A stretch of DNA of 64,000 nt, taken from an uncultured Pelagibacteraceae bacterium. Lineage in GTDB: Bacteria > Pseudomonadota > Alphaproteobacteria > Pelagibacterales > Pelagibacteraceae. Of the stretch, positions 9,897-18,396 are shown piece after piece (the first letter of the stretch is position 1; each line of letters opens with the position of its first letter). Location of the stretch: NCBI GenBank assembly GCA_902526645.1, contig CABZLS010000003.1, positions 20,773-84,772 of the forward strand, given 5' to 3'. Both the position numbers and the translations under genes were made by a program. Below the pieces are notes generated by a model. The model worked only from the letters and a program-made list of their open reading frames with translations, had not been told where the DNA came from and did not search any database.

Positions 9897-10409
9897 TTAA
9901 AATTTTTTGAAAAAATTAAACATATAACTATTTGCCCCAGGATTTTTATCTCCTAAACTAGCGTTAGACAAATGATTATAGGATAATCCTAACTGACTTT
10001 GCATTGGAAGTTCTAAAGATAGTTGTATTTCACTTTTAAATTCTAATGCGTGACCTAAATCTTTTCCATTACCTTTATTATAATATCCAGGTGCAAAACT
10101 TGGAGTTAAATTCAAAAATCCAACTTTATATTGAGCTTGAACACCGGTATAAAAATATGATGCATTATCTGCTGTTATCATTGCTCCAGTAATTGGAGAA
10201 AGATTTCCTAAAAAGGTATCTCTATTTAAGTCTTCGTTTTGATGTTGAAGACCGATTAATGTTGATCGTTTTCCATTATCACTGAAATCAAACATGCCAG
10301 TATAAATATTAAATTCAGTGTTTTTATCATTTAATTTAATTTCATCGGCAATTGATGAAAAGTTAATAAATAAAAAAATAACTAATAATTTTAATCTTAA
10401 AAATTTCAT
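9897..10409 (-). CDS. Acyloxyacyl hydrolase / PagL-like lipid A 3-O-deacylase outer-membrane beta-barrel
   Basis: Signal peptide, alternating beta-strands, EFKSEIQL, HLSNA (His-x-Ser-Asn) motif, C-terminal Phe. Confidence 0.7.
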   Translation of the reverse strand: MKFLRLKLLVIFLFINFSSIADEIKLNDKNTEFNIYTGMFDFSDNGKRSTLIGLQHQNEDLNRDTFLGNLSPITGAMITADNASYFYTGVQAQYKVGFLNLTPSFAPGYYNKGNGKDLGHALEFKSEIQLSLELPMQSQLGLSYNHLSNASLGDKNPGANSYMFNFFKKF

Positions 10410-10422
10410 ATTTAAAATATAC

Positions 10423-10788
10423 TTAGTTTTTACGAATAATAAATAATTTAAATATTAAAACGCCACCAATTACAAACAGTAAAATGGGTAATAACCATAA
10501 AAAGTAGGTTTTTTCATCAAATTCTGGATCAAATAATATCCACTGACCGTATTTATCTTTAAGATAATCATAAATTTCTTTTTCCGCTAAACCATCATCT
10601 AATTTTTTTTTAACTAAAAGTTTCAAACTATTAGCAAATTCAGTATCTGAATCATAGACTGATTGTCCTTGACAAACTAAACATCTTAAATTTTTTGTAA
10701 TTTTATATTCTAAATCATTTTGTTGAGCATGGCTTGAACAAAAATTAAATAGTAATAGAAATATAAATATAAATTTTAAATACCTCAT
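10423..10788 (-). CDS. ccmH: Cytochrome c maturation protein CcmH
   Basis: LRCLVCQGQSVYDS motif, YGQWILFDP. Confidence 0.92.
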   Translation of the reverse strand: MRYLKFIFIFLLLFNFCSSHAQQNDLEYKITKNLRCLVCQGQSVYDSDTEFANSLKLLVKKKLDDGLAEKEIYDYLKDKYGQWILFDPEFDEKTYFLWLLPILLFVIGGVLIFKLFIIRKN

Positions 10789-11303
10789 TTTATTATCTTT
10801 TTAATTTCCTTGACATGAGTATCATCCAACGGTCCTATTATTTTTCTGATTATAATATTCTTTCTTATTAAATATGTTTCAGGTACTCCATATGCACCCC
10901 AATCAATTGCTATTATTCCTTTAGGATCTAAAAAAATAATATCATAGGGATTTCCTAGTTCATTTAAAAAATTATATGCACTTTGCTTTTTATCTTTGTA
11001 GTTAAGTCCAACTATTTTTATATTTTTTTCATTTGAAAGATCTTTTAAAAAGATATGTTCATCTTTACATGGCACACACCATGAAGACCAAATATTCATC
11101 AAATAAAATTGATTATCTTTAAAAATTTCTGCTGAATTTAATTCTTCTGAGCTATTAAATAATTTTGCACTAAAATTTGGGATTTTTTTATTAATATTAC
11201 TTTTAGGAATATAAATATTAGGATTTTGTAAACCTTTATAAAATAAAATAAAAATAATAATTAATAGTAAAGATATAATTATCGTTATGCTCTTATTTTT
11301 CAT
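10785..11303 (-). CDS. ccmG: Thiol:disulfide oxidoreductase CcmG/DsbE
   Basis: WSSWCVPC, GLNYKD, GAYGVPETY motifs. Confidence 0.92.
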   Translation of the reverse strand: MKNKSITIIISLLLIIIFILFYKGLQNPNIYIPKSNINKKIPNFSAKLFNSSEELNSAEIFKDNQFYLMNIWSSWCVPCKDEHIFLKDLSNEKNIKIVGLNYKDKKQSAYNFLNELGNPYDIIFLDPKGIIAIDWGAYGVPETYLIRKNIIIRKIIGPLDDTHVKEIKKIIK

Positions 11304-13167
11304 TTTTTTTTAAAATGCTTATCATTCCACCTAAAGTTATCATTAATACTGATATCCAAATCCAAATCATTAATGGTTTAAATTGATACCTAATATTCAA
11401 ATATTCCTGATTTTGAACAAAATTAATTGTCATAAATTTATCAGAAAATAAACTTGTTTTAATATCAGCTTCACTAGTAACAATATTTGGTTGATTATAA
11501 ATTCTTAATTCTGGTTTCATAACCTGAATTGTACCATCAGAATTTTCAACAATAAATTTTCCAACAAAAGAATCGAAATTTTTTTCTTTTTTTTGGTTAA
11601 TATTTTCAAAATAAATTTTAAATTTTTCAGATTGAAAAGTTTCTCCTACTTTTAAATTTGTTACTACCTCACTAGAAAGAATGTTATTAAAAATAATACT
11701 TAGTAAAAATAAACTAAAACCTAAATGTGCTATATTTTGAGATATATTGATGAATCTTTTTTTTAATAAATCTTTTAAAGTAATAAAAAATAAATAAAAG
11801 GTAGAGGAAACTAGAATAGTATTTAGAAGAAATTTAACTTCTAAAGTTTTTATAATAAAAATTGATAATAATAAAGAAATTATAAAGAAAACTATCAAGT
11901 TAGTCTTATCAGATATATCAGATTTAATCCATTTCAACTTAGGACCAATAGTCATTGCAAGCACAAAAGGAATTAAAAAGGGAATTATCAATTTATGATA
12001 AAAAGGCGGTCCAATAGATATTTTTTCTGATGTTATAACGTCTAAAAAAATTGGATATACTGTCCCAATTAAAACAACAGATAGAAAATACATCATAAAC
12101 CAATTATTTATTATTATTGATGTTTCTTTGCTAATGAGAAATAAAGAGTTTTTATTACTAACCTCGTTTTTATGGAAAAAGAAAAAAATAAATAACGATA
12201 AAAAAATTAAAGAAAAAAGAAAAATTAAAATAAACAAACCTCTTTCTGGATCATTTGCAAAAGTGTGAACTGAGTTTAATATTCCTGATCTAACTAAGAA
12301 AGTACCTGACATACTTAATGTAAACGTAGTGATTGACAAAATGATTACCCAAGAAGTTAATTGTAATCTTTTTTCCAAAACTAAAATACAATGAATTAGT
12401 GTTGTCAAAGCAAACCAAGGCATTAGAGATACATTTTCAACAGGATCCCAGAACCAAAATCCACCCCAACCCAATTCATAGTAGGCCCAAATAGAACCGA
12501 GCAAAATTCCTAGAGTTAAAAAAATCCAAGATATCAAAACCCATACTTTTATATGCTTAGCCCATTCTTTAGATATATAATTAACTGACATTGCAGCAAG
12601 TGCTGATGAAAAAATAATAGATGTTCCAACATATCCTAAATATAAAATTGGTGGATGAATTGCTAATAATGGGTCTTGTAAAATTGGATTTAATCCTAAA
12701 CCCTCTTTAGGGATTGGAAAAATATAGTTAAAAGGACTTGAAGTTTTTAACAAAAAGATAAAAAAACCGATAATTATTATTTCCTGAAATAATAAAGTTA
12801 ATATTCTATACTGAGTTAGTTGTTTGCCTGATTTTAAAATAAATAAAAAAATAAATAATGTAAGTACAAGCAACCAAAGCAATAAACTTCCCTCATGGTT
12901 CCCCCATGATCCAGAAATCTTATAAAACAATGGTTTTGTTGTATGAGAGTGATTAAAAACAGTCTCATTACTAAAGTCAGAATTTATAAAAGAAATTATC
13001 AATCCTAAAAAACTAATCAATACAAGAAAAAATTGAAGAAAAGTAAACGGTAGAATTTTTTTGTCCAATTCATCATAATTTCTAAAATTTCTAATAGAAA
13101 AAAAAATTATAAAAAAAGATGAACAAACGCCAAAAACTAAAGCATAAAAACCAATTAAACTTGCCAA
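11293..13167 (-). CDS. ccmF: Heme lyase CcmF
   Basis: WGNHEGS, LNPILQDP..IHPP, WAYYELGWGGFWFWDPVEN (WWD domain), SVHTFA; TTG start. Confidence 0.95.
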   Translation of the reverse strand: MASLIGFYALVFGVCSSFFIIFFSIRNFRNYDELDKKILPFTFLQFFLVLISFLGLIISFINSDFSNETVFNHSHTTKPLFYKISGSWGNHEGSLLLWLLVLTLFIFLFILKSGKQLTQYRILTLLFQEIIIIGFFIFLLKTSSPFNYIFPIPKEGLGLNPILQDPLLAIHPPILYLGYVGTSIIFSSALAAMSVNYISKEWAKHIKVWVLISWIFLTLGILLGSIWAYYELGWGGFWFWDPVENVSLMPWFALTTLIHCILVLEKRLQLTSWVIILSITTFTLSMSGTFLVRSGILNSVHTFANDPERGLFILIFLFSLIFLSLFIFFFFHKNEVSNKNSLFLISKETSIIINNWFMMYFLSVVLIGTVYPIFLDVITSEKISIGPPFYHKLIIPFLIPFVLAMTIGPKLKWIKSDISDKTNLIVFFIISLLLSIFIIKTLEVKFLLNTILVSSTFYLFFITLKDLLKKRFINISQNIAHLGFSLFLLSIIFNNILSSEVVTNLKVGETFQSEKFKIYFENINQKKEKNFDSFVGKFIVENSDGTIQVMKPELRIYNQPNIVTSEADIKTSLFSDKFMTINFVQNQEYLNIRYQFKPLMIWIWISVLMITLGGMISILKKNEK

Positions 13168-13170
13168 AAT

Positions 13171-13590
13171 TTATTTCTCCCCTAGTGCTTCCTTAACTTC
13201 AGGAGGCATATAATTTTCATCATGTTTAGCTAAAATTTTAGTAGCTAAGAAAAAATTTTTATCTTTCAGATAACCTTCAGCAACAACACCCTTGCCTTCT
13301 TCAAAAAGATTTGGAACAACTCCAGAATAGGTAACATATATTTCATTTTTTAGATCAGTAATTATGAAATTTATTTCATCAGAGTTTATTGAAATAGAAT
13401 TTTTTTTTACCATACCACCAACTCTAATTTTGTTATTTTCAATTTCTGAAATATTCTTAATTTCAGATGGTGATTGAAAATAAATAACATTTTGTTCAAG
13501 AGATTTTAAAATTAAAAATATAGATAATGATAGTATAATTAATATTAGTAATATGTATAAAACTCTTAATTTAACTTTTCGACCATACAT
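13171..13590 (-). CDS. ccmE: Heme chaperone CcmE
   Basis: [31 protein letters not shown] (heme-binding His/Tyr). Confidence 0.95.
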   Translation of the reverse strand: MYGRKVKLRVLYILLILIILSLSIFLILKSLEQNVIYFQSPSEIKNISEIENNKIRVGGMVKKNSISINSDEINFIITDLKNEIYVTYSGVVPNLFEEGKGVVAEGYLKDKNFFLATKILAKHDENYMPPEVKEALGEK

Positions 13591-13600
13591 GGCTTAAAGT

Positions 13601-13828
13601 TTAAATAATTGAACTATTAGATAATATCTCTTTATTAATACTTTGCAATTTAGCAGATGATGCTTTTTCTGAATCTAAAGTTCCAAATTTTAATTTGAAT
13701 TTTTCTCTCTCTCTTTTATATTGAAGTTTTATAACTGCATAAAGTGATATAAAGTTAAAAAGAGTAAATATAAATGCTGACCACACGTAAATACCGTATC
13801 CATCCATATTTATTAATTCGTTAATCAT
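13601..13828 (-). CDS. ccmD: Heme exporter protein CcmD
   Basis: 75 aa, MDGYGIYVWSAF followed by one TM and a basic tail; position between ccmC and ccmE. Confidence 0.85.
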   Translation of the reverse strand: MINELINMDGYGIYVWSAFIFTLFNFISLYAVIKLQYKREREKFKLKFGTLDSEKASSAKLQSINKEILSNSSII

Positions 13829-14532
13829 AATCTATCTAAACCTTTATTCTTAATTTTTATCAGTTCTGTATTATATTTCATCAAAAAAATTAAGAGTGAA
13901 AAAAGAGCAAATGCCGCAGTCATTATCATTAATGGAAATAACATTGAAGAATGAATTGAAGATTTTGATAAAATATTTATTGAAGCAGGTTGATGGAGTG
14001 TGTTCCACCAATCAACAGAATACTTTATAATTGGAACATTTATAATTCCTAAAATTGTAATCAAACAAGTAATTTTAAATACTTGCTCTTTATCTTGATA
14101 GATTCTCCAAGCTAATAAATATAATCCATAGAATAATGCCAAAATTAACATTGAAGTAATCCTGGCATCCCAAGCCCACCAGGTTCCCCAGGTAGGCTTC
14201 CCCCAAATTGAACCTGTTACCAATGCAATAATATTAAAAATAAAACCTGATGGAGCAAGACTTTTAGAGATAAGAAAAAAATTCTTTATTTTAAAGATGT
14301 AACCGACAATTGACAACAAAGTAATTGATGAGAATATTCCCAGGGTGATCCAAGCAGCTGGTACATGAACATACATGATCCTGACTGAATGACTTTGTTT
14401 ATAGTCTTCAGGTGATAAAACTAAGGATTCAATTAAACCAATTGTAAAAATAATTAAAAATAGTGCTAAAACATATTTTGGTGCTTTAGAAGTTATAGAA
14501 AAAATCTTATTTGGTTCAAAATATTTAAACAT
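13825..14532 (-). CDS. ccmC: Heme exporter protein CcmC
   Basis: YVHVPAAW, GSIWGKPTWGTWWAWDARITS, WWNTLHQ motifs. Confidence 0.95.
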   Translation of the reverse strand: MFKYFEPNKIFSITSKAPKYVLALFLIIFTIGLIESLVLSPEDYKQSHSVRIMYVHVPAAWITLGIFSSITLLSIVGYIFKIKNFFLISKSLAPSGFIFNIIALVTGSIWGKPTWGTWWAWDARITSMLILALFYGLYLLAWRIYQDKEQVFKITCLITILGIINVPIIKYSVDWWNTLHQPASINILSKSSIHSSMLFPLMIMTAAFALFSLLIFLMKYNTELIKIKNKGLDRL

Positions 14533-14584
14533 AAATAAAATATATATTAACTATAAAATCAAAAAATATAATATGAAAAATTAG

Positions 14585-14644
14585 CTGATCAAGAATGTAG
14601 AGGGAGATAATAACGAAGGGTAAAAAATTTACACTCTTGATCAG
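14585..14644. repeat. 15-bp inverted repeat enclosing a 30-nt loop (candidate structured RNA) between hspQ and ccmC
   Basis: Arms ctgatcaagaatgta (14585-14599) and tacactcttgatcag (14630-14644); on the minus strand all 15 positions pair, with one G.U. Confidence 0.75.
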
Positions 14645-14712
14645 AATGAGATACTTTTACAAACCTGTTATGTCAAAGATTTGCACCAAATGTGGTTAAA
14701 AAATGATTTTGA

Positions 14713-15033
14713 TCAATTAGATTGCTTAAAATAAGTCGAACCCTTTTTTCCTGAAAAAATCTCTTCAATTAAAGGGTGCTTAATAGGTTCATCTGAGTCA
14801 TCATTAAGCAAATTTTGTTCAGATACATAAGCCTCATATGTAATTTCGTCATTTTCAGCTAACAAGTGATAAAAAGGTTGATCTTTTCTTGGTCTGACAT
14901 TCTTCGGAATAGATTGGTACCATTCCTCAGAATTATTAAATTCGAAATCAACATCATAAATTACTCCCCTAAACTCAAAGTGTTTATGTTTTACTATATC
15001 TCCTATGGAAAATTTTGCTTTTTGAATTGCCAT
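14713..15033 (-). CDS. hspQ: Heat shock protein HspQ (YccV-like)
   Basis: AKFSIGDIVKH..F.FRGVIYDVD, RPRKDQPFYHLLAEN, AYVSEQNL motifs. Confidence 0.92.
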   Translation of the reverse strand: MAIQKAKFSIGDIVKHKHFEFRGVIYDVDFEFNNSEEWYQSIPKNVRPRKDQPFYHLLAENDEITYEAYVSEQNLLNDDSDEPIKHPLIEEIFSGKKGSTYFKQSN

Positions 15034-15039
15034 ATAGTT

Positions 15040-15067
15040 AGTATGGGTATTTCAAAATGAAAATCAA
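15040..15067 (-). promoter_or_regulatory. Putative RpoH (sigma32) promoter of hspQ
   Basis: Minus strand TTGATT-N14-CCCATACT, ending 6 nt before the hspQ ATG; resembles CTTGAA-N13-15-CCCATNT. Confidence 0.6.
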
Positions 15068-15119
15068 TAAGAAAAATAAAAAAGTTTTTACGAAAAAATA
15101 TTTATGTTAATATCTTCCT

Positions 15120-15671
15120 GTGAATAAATCTTTATTAAAGTTTTTTACCGATTTTGGCCCTTTAATAATTTTTTTTTACTACTATTACGATAGCGGAAAA
15201 AGTTTAAAGATTGCTATCCCTCCTTTCATAATTGCGACAATAATTGCACTATTGATTGTATGGATTCTAGAAAAAAAAATTCCAAAAATGCCACTAATTA
15301 GTGGAATATTAATTACTACTTTTGGAGGACTTACAATTTATTTTAATAATCCAGTTTTTATTTATATTAAACCCACAATTATTAACATATTATTTGCCGT
15401 CGCTCTAATTTTTGGAAAATATTTTACTAATGAACCAGTTCTAAAAAAATTAATGGGAAAATCAATTGCATTAACAAATGAAGGTTGGGAAATTTTAAAT
15501 AAAAGGTGGATATATTTCTTTTTTGCTCTTGCAATTTTAAATGAACTAGTTTGGAGGACACAATCAGAAGAATTTTGGGTCAATTTTAAAGTTTGGGGTT
15601 TATTGCCAATTACATTCATTTTTACCGCTTTTCAAATTGGATTAATTAACAAATATAAGATAAATGAGTAA
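15120..15671 (+). CDS. ispZ: Intracellular septation protein A (IspZ/YciB)
   Basis: GGLTIYFNNPVFIYIKPTI, WVNFKVWG motifs; GTG start. Confidence 0.88.
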   Translation: MNKSLLKFFTDFGPLIIFFYYYYDSGKSLKIAIPPFIIATIIALLIVWILEKKIPKMPLISGILITTFGGLTIYFNNPVFIYIKPTIINILFAVALIFGKYFTNEPVLKKLMGKSIALTNEGWEILNKRWIYFFFALAILNELVWRTQSEEFWVNFKVWGLLPITFIFTAFQIGLINKYKINE

Positions 15672-16005
15672 TAACCTAAGATTAGTAATTAATAATGTTC
15701 GTAATAAAAATTTAAATAAAAGATATTTTTTTGAAAAGGATGAATTAAAAATTATTTTAGATTTATATGCTGAGATGGTTTCTCAAGGTTCTTGGAAAGA
15801 TTATGGTCTAAGTATTTCAAGTAGACAAATCGGATTTAGTGTTTTTAAAAATGCAACTGAGAATGCTCTTTATAAAATTTGTAAAAACTTTAAGCCGAAA
15901 AATAAAAACCTTAAATACTTAATAACAGATACTAATGGAAAAATATTAAAGAATTCTTTTGACCTTAATGTCTTATTAAAAAATACGAATTGGAAAAAAC
16001 TTTAA
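15664..16005 (+). CDS. DUF2794-like conserved alphaproteobacterial protein
   Basis: FFEKDELKIILDLYAEMVSQGSWKDYGL motif; neighbour of the Bax inhibitor gene. Confidence 0.7.
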   Translation: MSNNLRLVINNVRNKNLNKRYFFEKDELKIILDLYAEMVSQGSWKDYGLSISSRQIGFSVFKNATENALYKICKNFKPKNKNLKYLITDTNGKILKNSFDLNVLLKNTNWKKL

Positions 16006-16006
16006 A

Positions 16007-16771
16007 TTATCTTCTTTGACCAAAAAGTCTTAAAAGCATTATAAATAGATTTATAAAGTCTAGATAAAGTGTTAAGGCACCCATTACTGCTTTTTTACCA
16101 ATTAATTCACCTGTATCACTAGCTGTATACATGTTTTTAATTTTTTGAGTATCGTAGGCCGTAAGACCAATAAAAATTAAAACACCTAAAATTGATATTA
16201 CAAAATACATCATTGATGATTTCAAAAATATATTTACTAGAGAAGCAATAATTATTCCGATTAAACCCATTATCAAAAAAGAACCAAATTTAGTAAGATC
16301 TCTTTTAGTCGTGTATCCATAAATGCTCATAGCTCCAAAGGTTGCAGCTGTGATAAAGAAAACTCTTGTTACACTTAAACCTGTGTAAACTAAAAGAATT
16401 GATGAAAGGGATAAACCCATCAATGCTGCGAAAATCCAAAATGTTGTCTGAGCTTTAGCTGCACTCATTTTATTAATACCGAAACTCATATAAAATACTA
16501 TTCCTAATGGTGCTAACATAATAACCCATTTTAAGCCTGACATGTAAATTGTGGAACCAAAACTCGTTAAAGCTACAATTGATCCATTAACATCAGTCAC
16601 AACTGACATTTTGAAAGATATTAGAGCAACAATACCTGTTAAGAGAATCCCCGTTGCCATATAGTTATAGACCTTTAGCATATAAGCTCTAAGACCTTCA
16701 TCCATTACAGATGTAGATTCTTGAGCTGCAGCTTTAGCTCTAGCAAGTATTCCTTTTTTTTCGTAATCCAT
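16007..16771 (-). CDS. Bax inhibitor-1/YccA family membrane protein
   Basis: DEGLRAYMLKVYNYM, GYTTKRDL, LTAYDTQKIK, LYLDFINLF motifs. Confidence 0.92.
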   Translation of the reverse strand: MDYEKKGILARAKAAAQESTSVMDEGLRAYMLKVYNYMATGILLTGIVALISFKMSVVTDVNGSIVALTSFGSTIYMSGLKWVIMLAPLGIVFYMSFGINKMSAAKAQTTFWIFAALMGLSLSSILLVYTGLSVTRVFFITAATFGAMSIYGYTTKRDLTKFGSFLIMGLIGIIIASLVNIFLKSSMMYFVISILGVLIFIGLTAYDTQKIKNMYTASDTGELIGKKAVMGALTLYLDFINLFIMLLRLFGQRR

Positions 16772-16849
16772 TACTTAAAATATATAGTCTTTTACTAATT
16801 ATTCAAGATACCTTAAAAGATTAATAAAAATTTATAACAATAAATCTTA

Positions 16850-17890
16850 ATGAATTACAAAAAATTAGGAAATACCAATCTTGATGTAAGTACAATTTGT
16901 CTCGGTACGATGACCTGGGGAGAACAAAACACTCAGAAAGAAGGATTTAACCAAATGGACTATGCTCTAGATCAAGGTGTGAACTTTTGGGATACTGCTG
17001 AAATTTACTCTATTCCGATGAGAGAGGAAACATATGGGGAAACAGAGAGAATAATTGGAAACTGGTTCCAAAAAACAAATAAAAGAGACAAAGTTGTTTT
17101 AGCTTCAAAAGTTTGTGGTAACACTTCTAACAAATATATAAGAGGTGGTGGTTATAATTTTGGAAAAAAAAAAATTTTTCAAGCCCTAGAGGAAAGTCTT
17201 AAAAGGTTAAAAACAGACTATATTGATCTTTATCAATTACATTGGCCTGAGAGAAATACAAATTTTTTTGGTAAGCATGGTTATGAGCATGATGCAAATG
17301 ATAATGATTGGACTCCATTTGAAGAAATACTTGAGAGTCTAGAAAAATTTATTAATCAAGGTAAGATCAGATATATAGGTATATCAAATGAAACTGCATG
17401 GGGTTTATCAAAATTTCTTGAATTATCAAAATTAAAAAATTTACCAAAAATGATGTCAGTACAAAATCCATATAACTTACTTAATAGAACTTATGAAGTT
17501 GGGCTTGCAGAAATTTCTGTTAGGGAGAAAAGTGGATTATTAGCTTATTCTCCACTAGCATTTGGATACTTAACCGGAAAATACAGAAATAATAATTTAC
17601 CTGAAAAATCAAGGATGAAATTGTTTAAAGATTTCACAAGATACAAAAATGAAAATGGTCAAAAGGCTATAGAAGAATATTATAAAATATCTAAAAAATT
17701 TAATATTAATTTCACTCAGATGTCATTGAAGTTTTGTGAAATTCAGCCATTTATCACCAGTGTAATCATAGGGGCGACGACAATCGAACAGTTGAAAACA
17801 AATATAGAAAGTGTAAATGTAAGTTTAACAAGTGAAATTTTAAATGAAATTAATGAAGTTCAAAAAAAATTCCCAAACCCATGTCCATGA
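16850..17890 (+). CDS. Aldo/keto reductase (Tas-like)
   Basis: LGTMTWGEQN, DTAEIY, DYIDLYQLHWP, IGISNET, AYSPLAFG motifs. Confidence 0.92.
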   Translation: MNYKKLGNTNLDVSTICLGTMTWGEQNTQKEGFNQMDYALDQGVNFWDTAEIYSIPMREETYGETERIIGNWFQKTNKRDKVVLASKVCGNTSNKYIRGGGYNFGKKKIFQALEESLKRLKTDYIDLYQLHWPERNTNFFGKHGYEHDANDNDWTPFEEILESLEKFINQGKIRYIGISNETAWGLSKFLELSKLKNLPKMMSVQNPYNLLNRTYEVGLAEISVREKSGLLAYSPLAFGYLTGKYRNNNLPEKSRMKLFKDFTRYKNENGQKAIEEYYKISKKFNINFTQMSLKFCEIQPFITSVIIGATTIEQLKTNIESVNVSLTSEILNEINEVQKKFPNPCP

Positions 17891-18393
17891 TTAAAAAAAT
17901 TCTAATAATATTTTTATTTTTTACCTTTTTTTTTACCTCAAAAACTTTAGGTGAAGATCTTAAAAAAATCGGAAAATATAAAGATTGGGAAACAATAGTT
18001 TTAGCTGATACTTCAGGTAAAGTTTGCTTCGCTCAATCCATGCCGATTTTACAATCTCCTAAAACTGATAAAAGAGATGCTAGATTATTTGTAACGTTTA
18101 GACCTGGTGAAAAAATTTCTAATGAAATTAGCACCACTGCTGGTTACGAGTTTAATAAAAATAATACTGTCTTAGCAACTTCAGGAAATAACAAATTTAA
18201 ATTTGATATAAAACAACAAGGCTTTGCGTGGATGACTAGTAACAAAAAAGAGAAAATAATGGTCAAAATAATGAAAAAGGGCTCAAGAATTATGATTACA
18301 GGTTACAATGAAAAAGGTTCACAAACAATTGATCATTACTCGCTGTTAGGTTTCACTAAAGCATATAACACTGCAAAAAAAGCTTGTAGTTAG
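17887..18393 (+). CDS. Invasion associated locus B (IalB) family exported protein
   Basis: Signal peptide, GKYKDW..., KVCFA.S.P, MKKGSRIMITG, TIDHYSLLGFTKAY...C; start set at the ATG overlapping the upstream TGA. Confidence 0.75.
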   Translation: MIKKILIIFLFFTFFFTSKTLGEDLKKIGKYKDWETIVLADTSGKVCFAQSMPILQSPKTDKRDARLFVTFRPGEKISNEISTTAGYEFNKNNTVLATSGNNKFKFDIKQQGFAWMTSNKKEKIMVKIMKKGSRIMITGYNEKGSQTIDHYSLLGFTKAYNTAKKACS

Positions 18394-18396
18394 TTA

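Noticed and set aside
14703-14716. ATGAT-N4-ATCAA, an FNR-box-like dyad
   Set aside because: One mismatch, overlaps the hspQ stop, is not at a typical distance from any start, and is likely chance.
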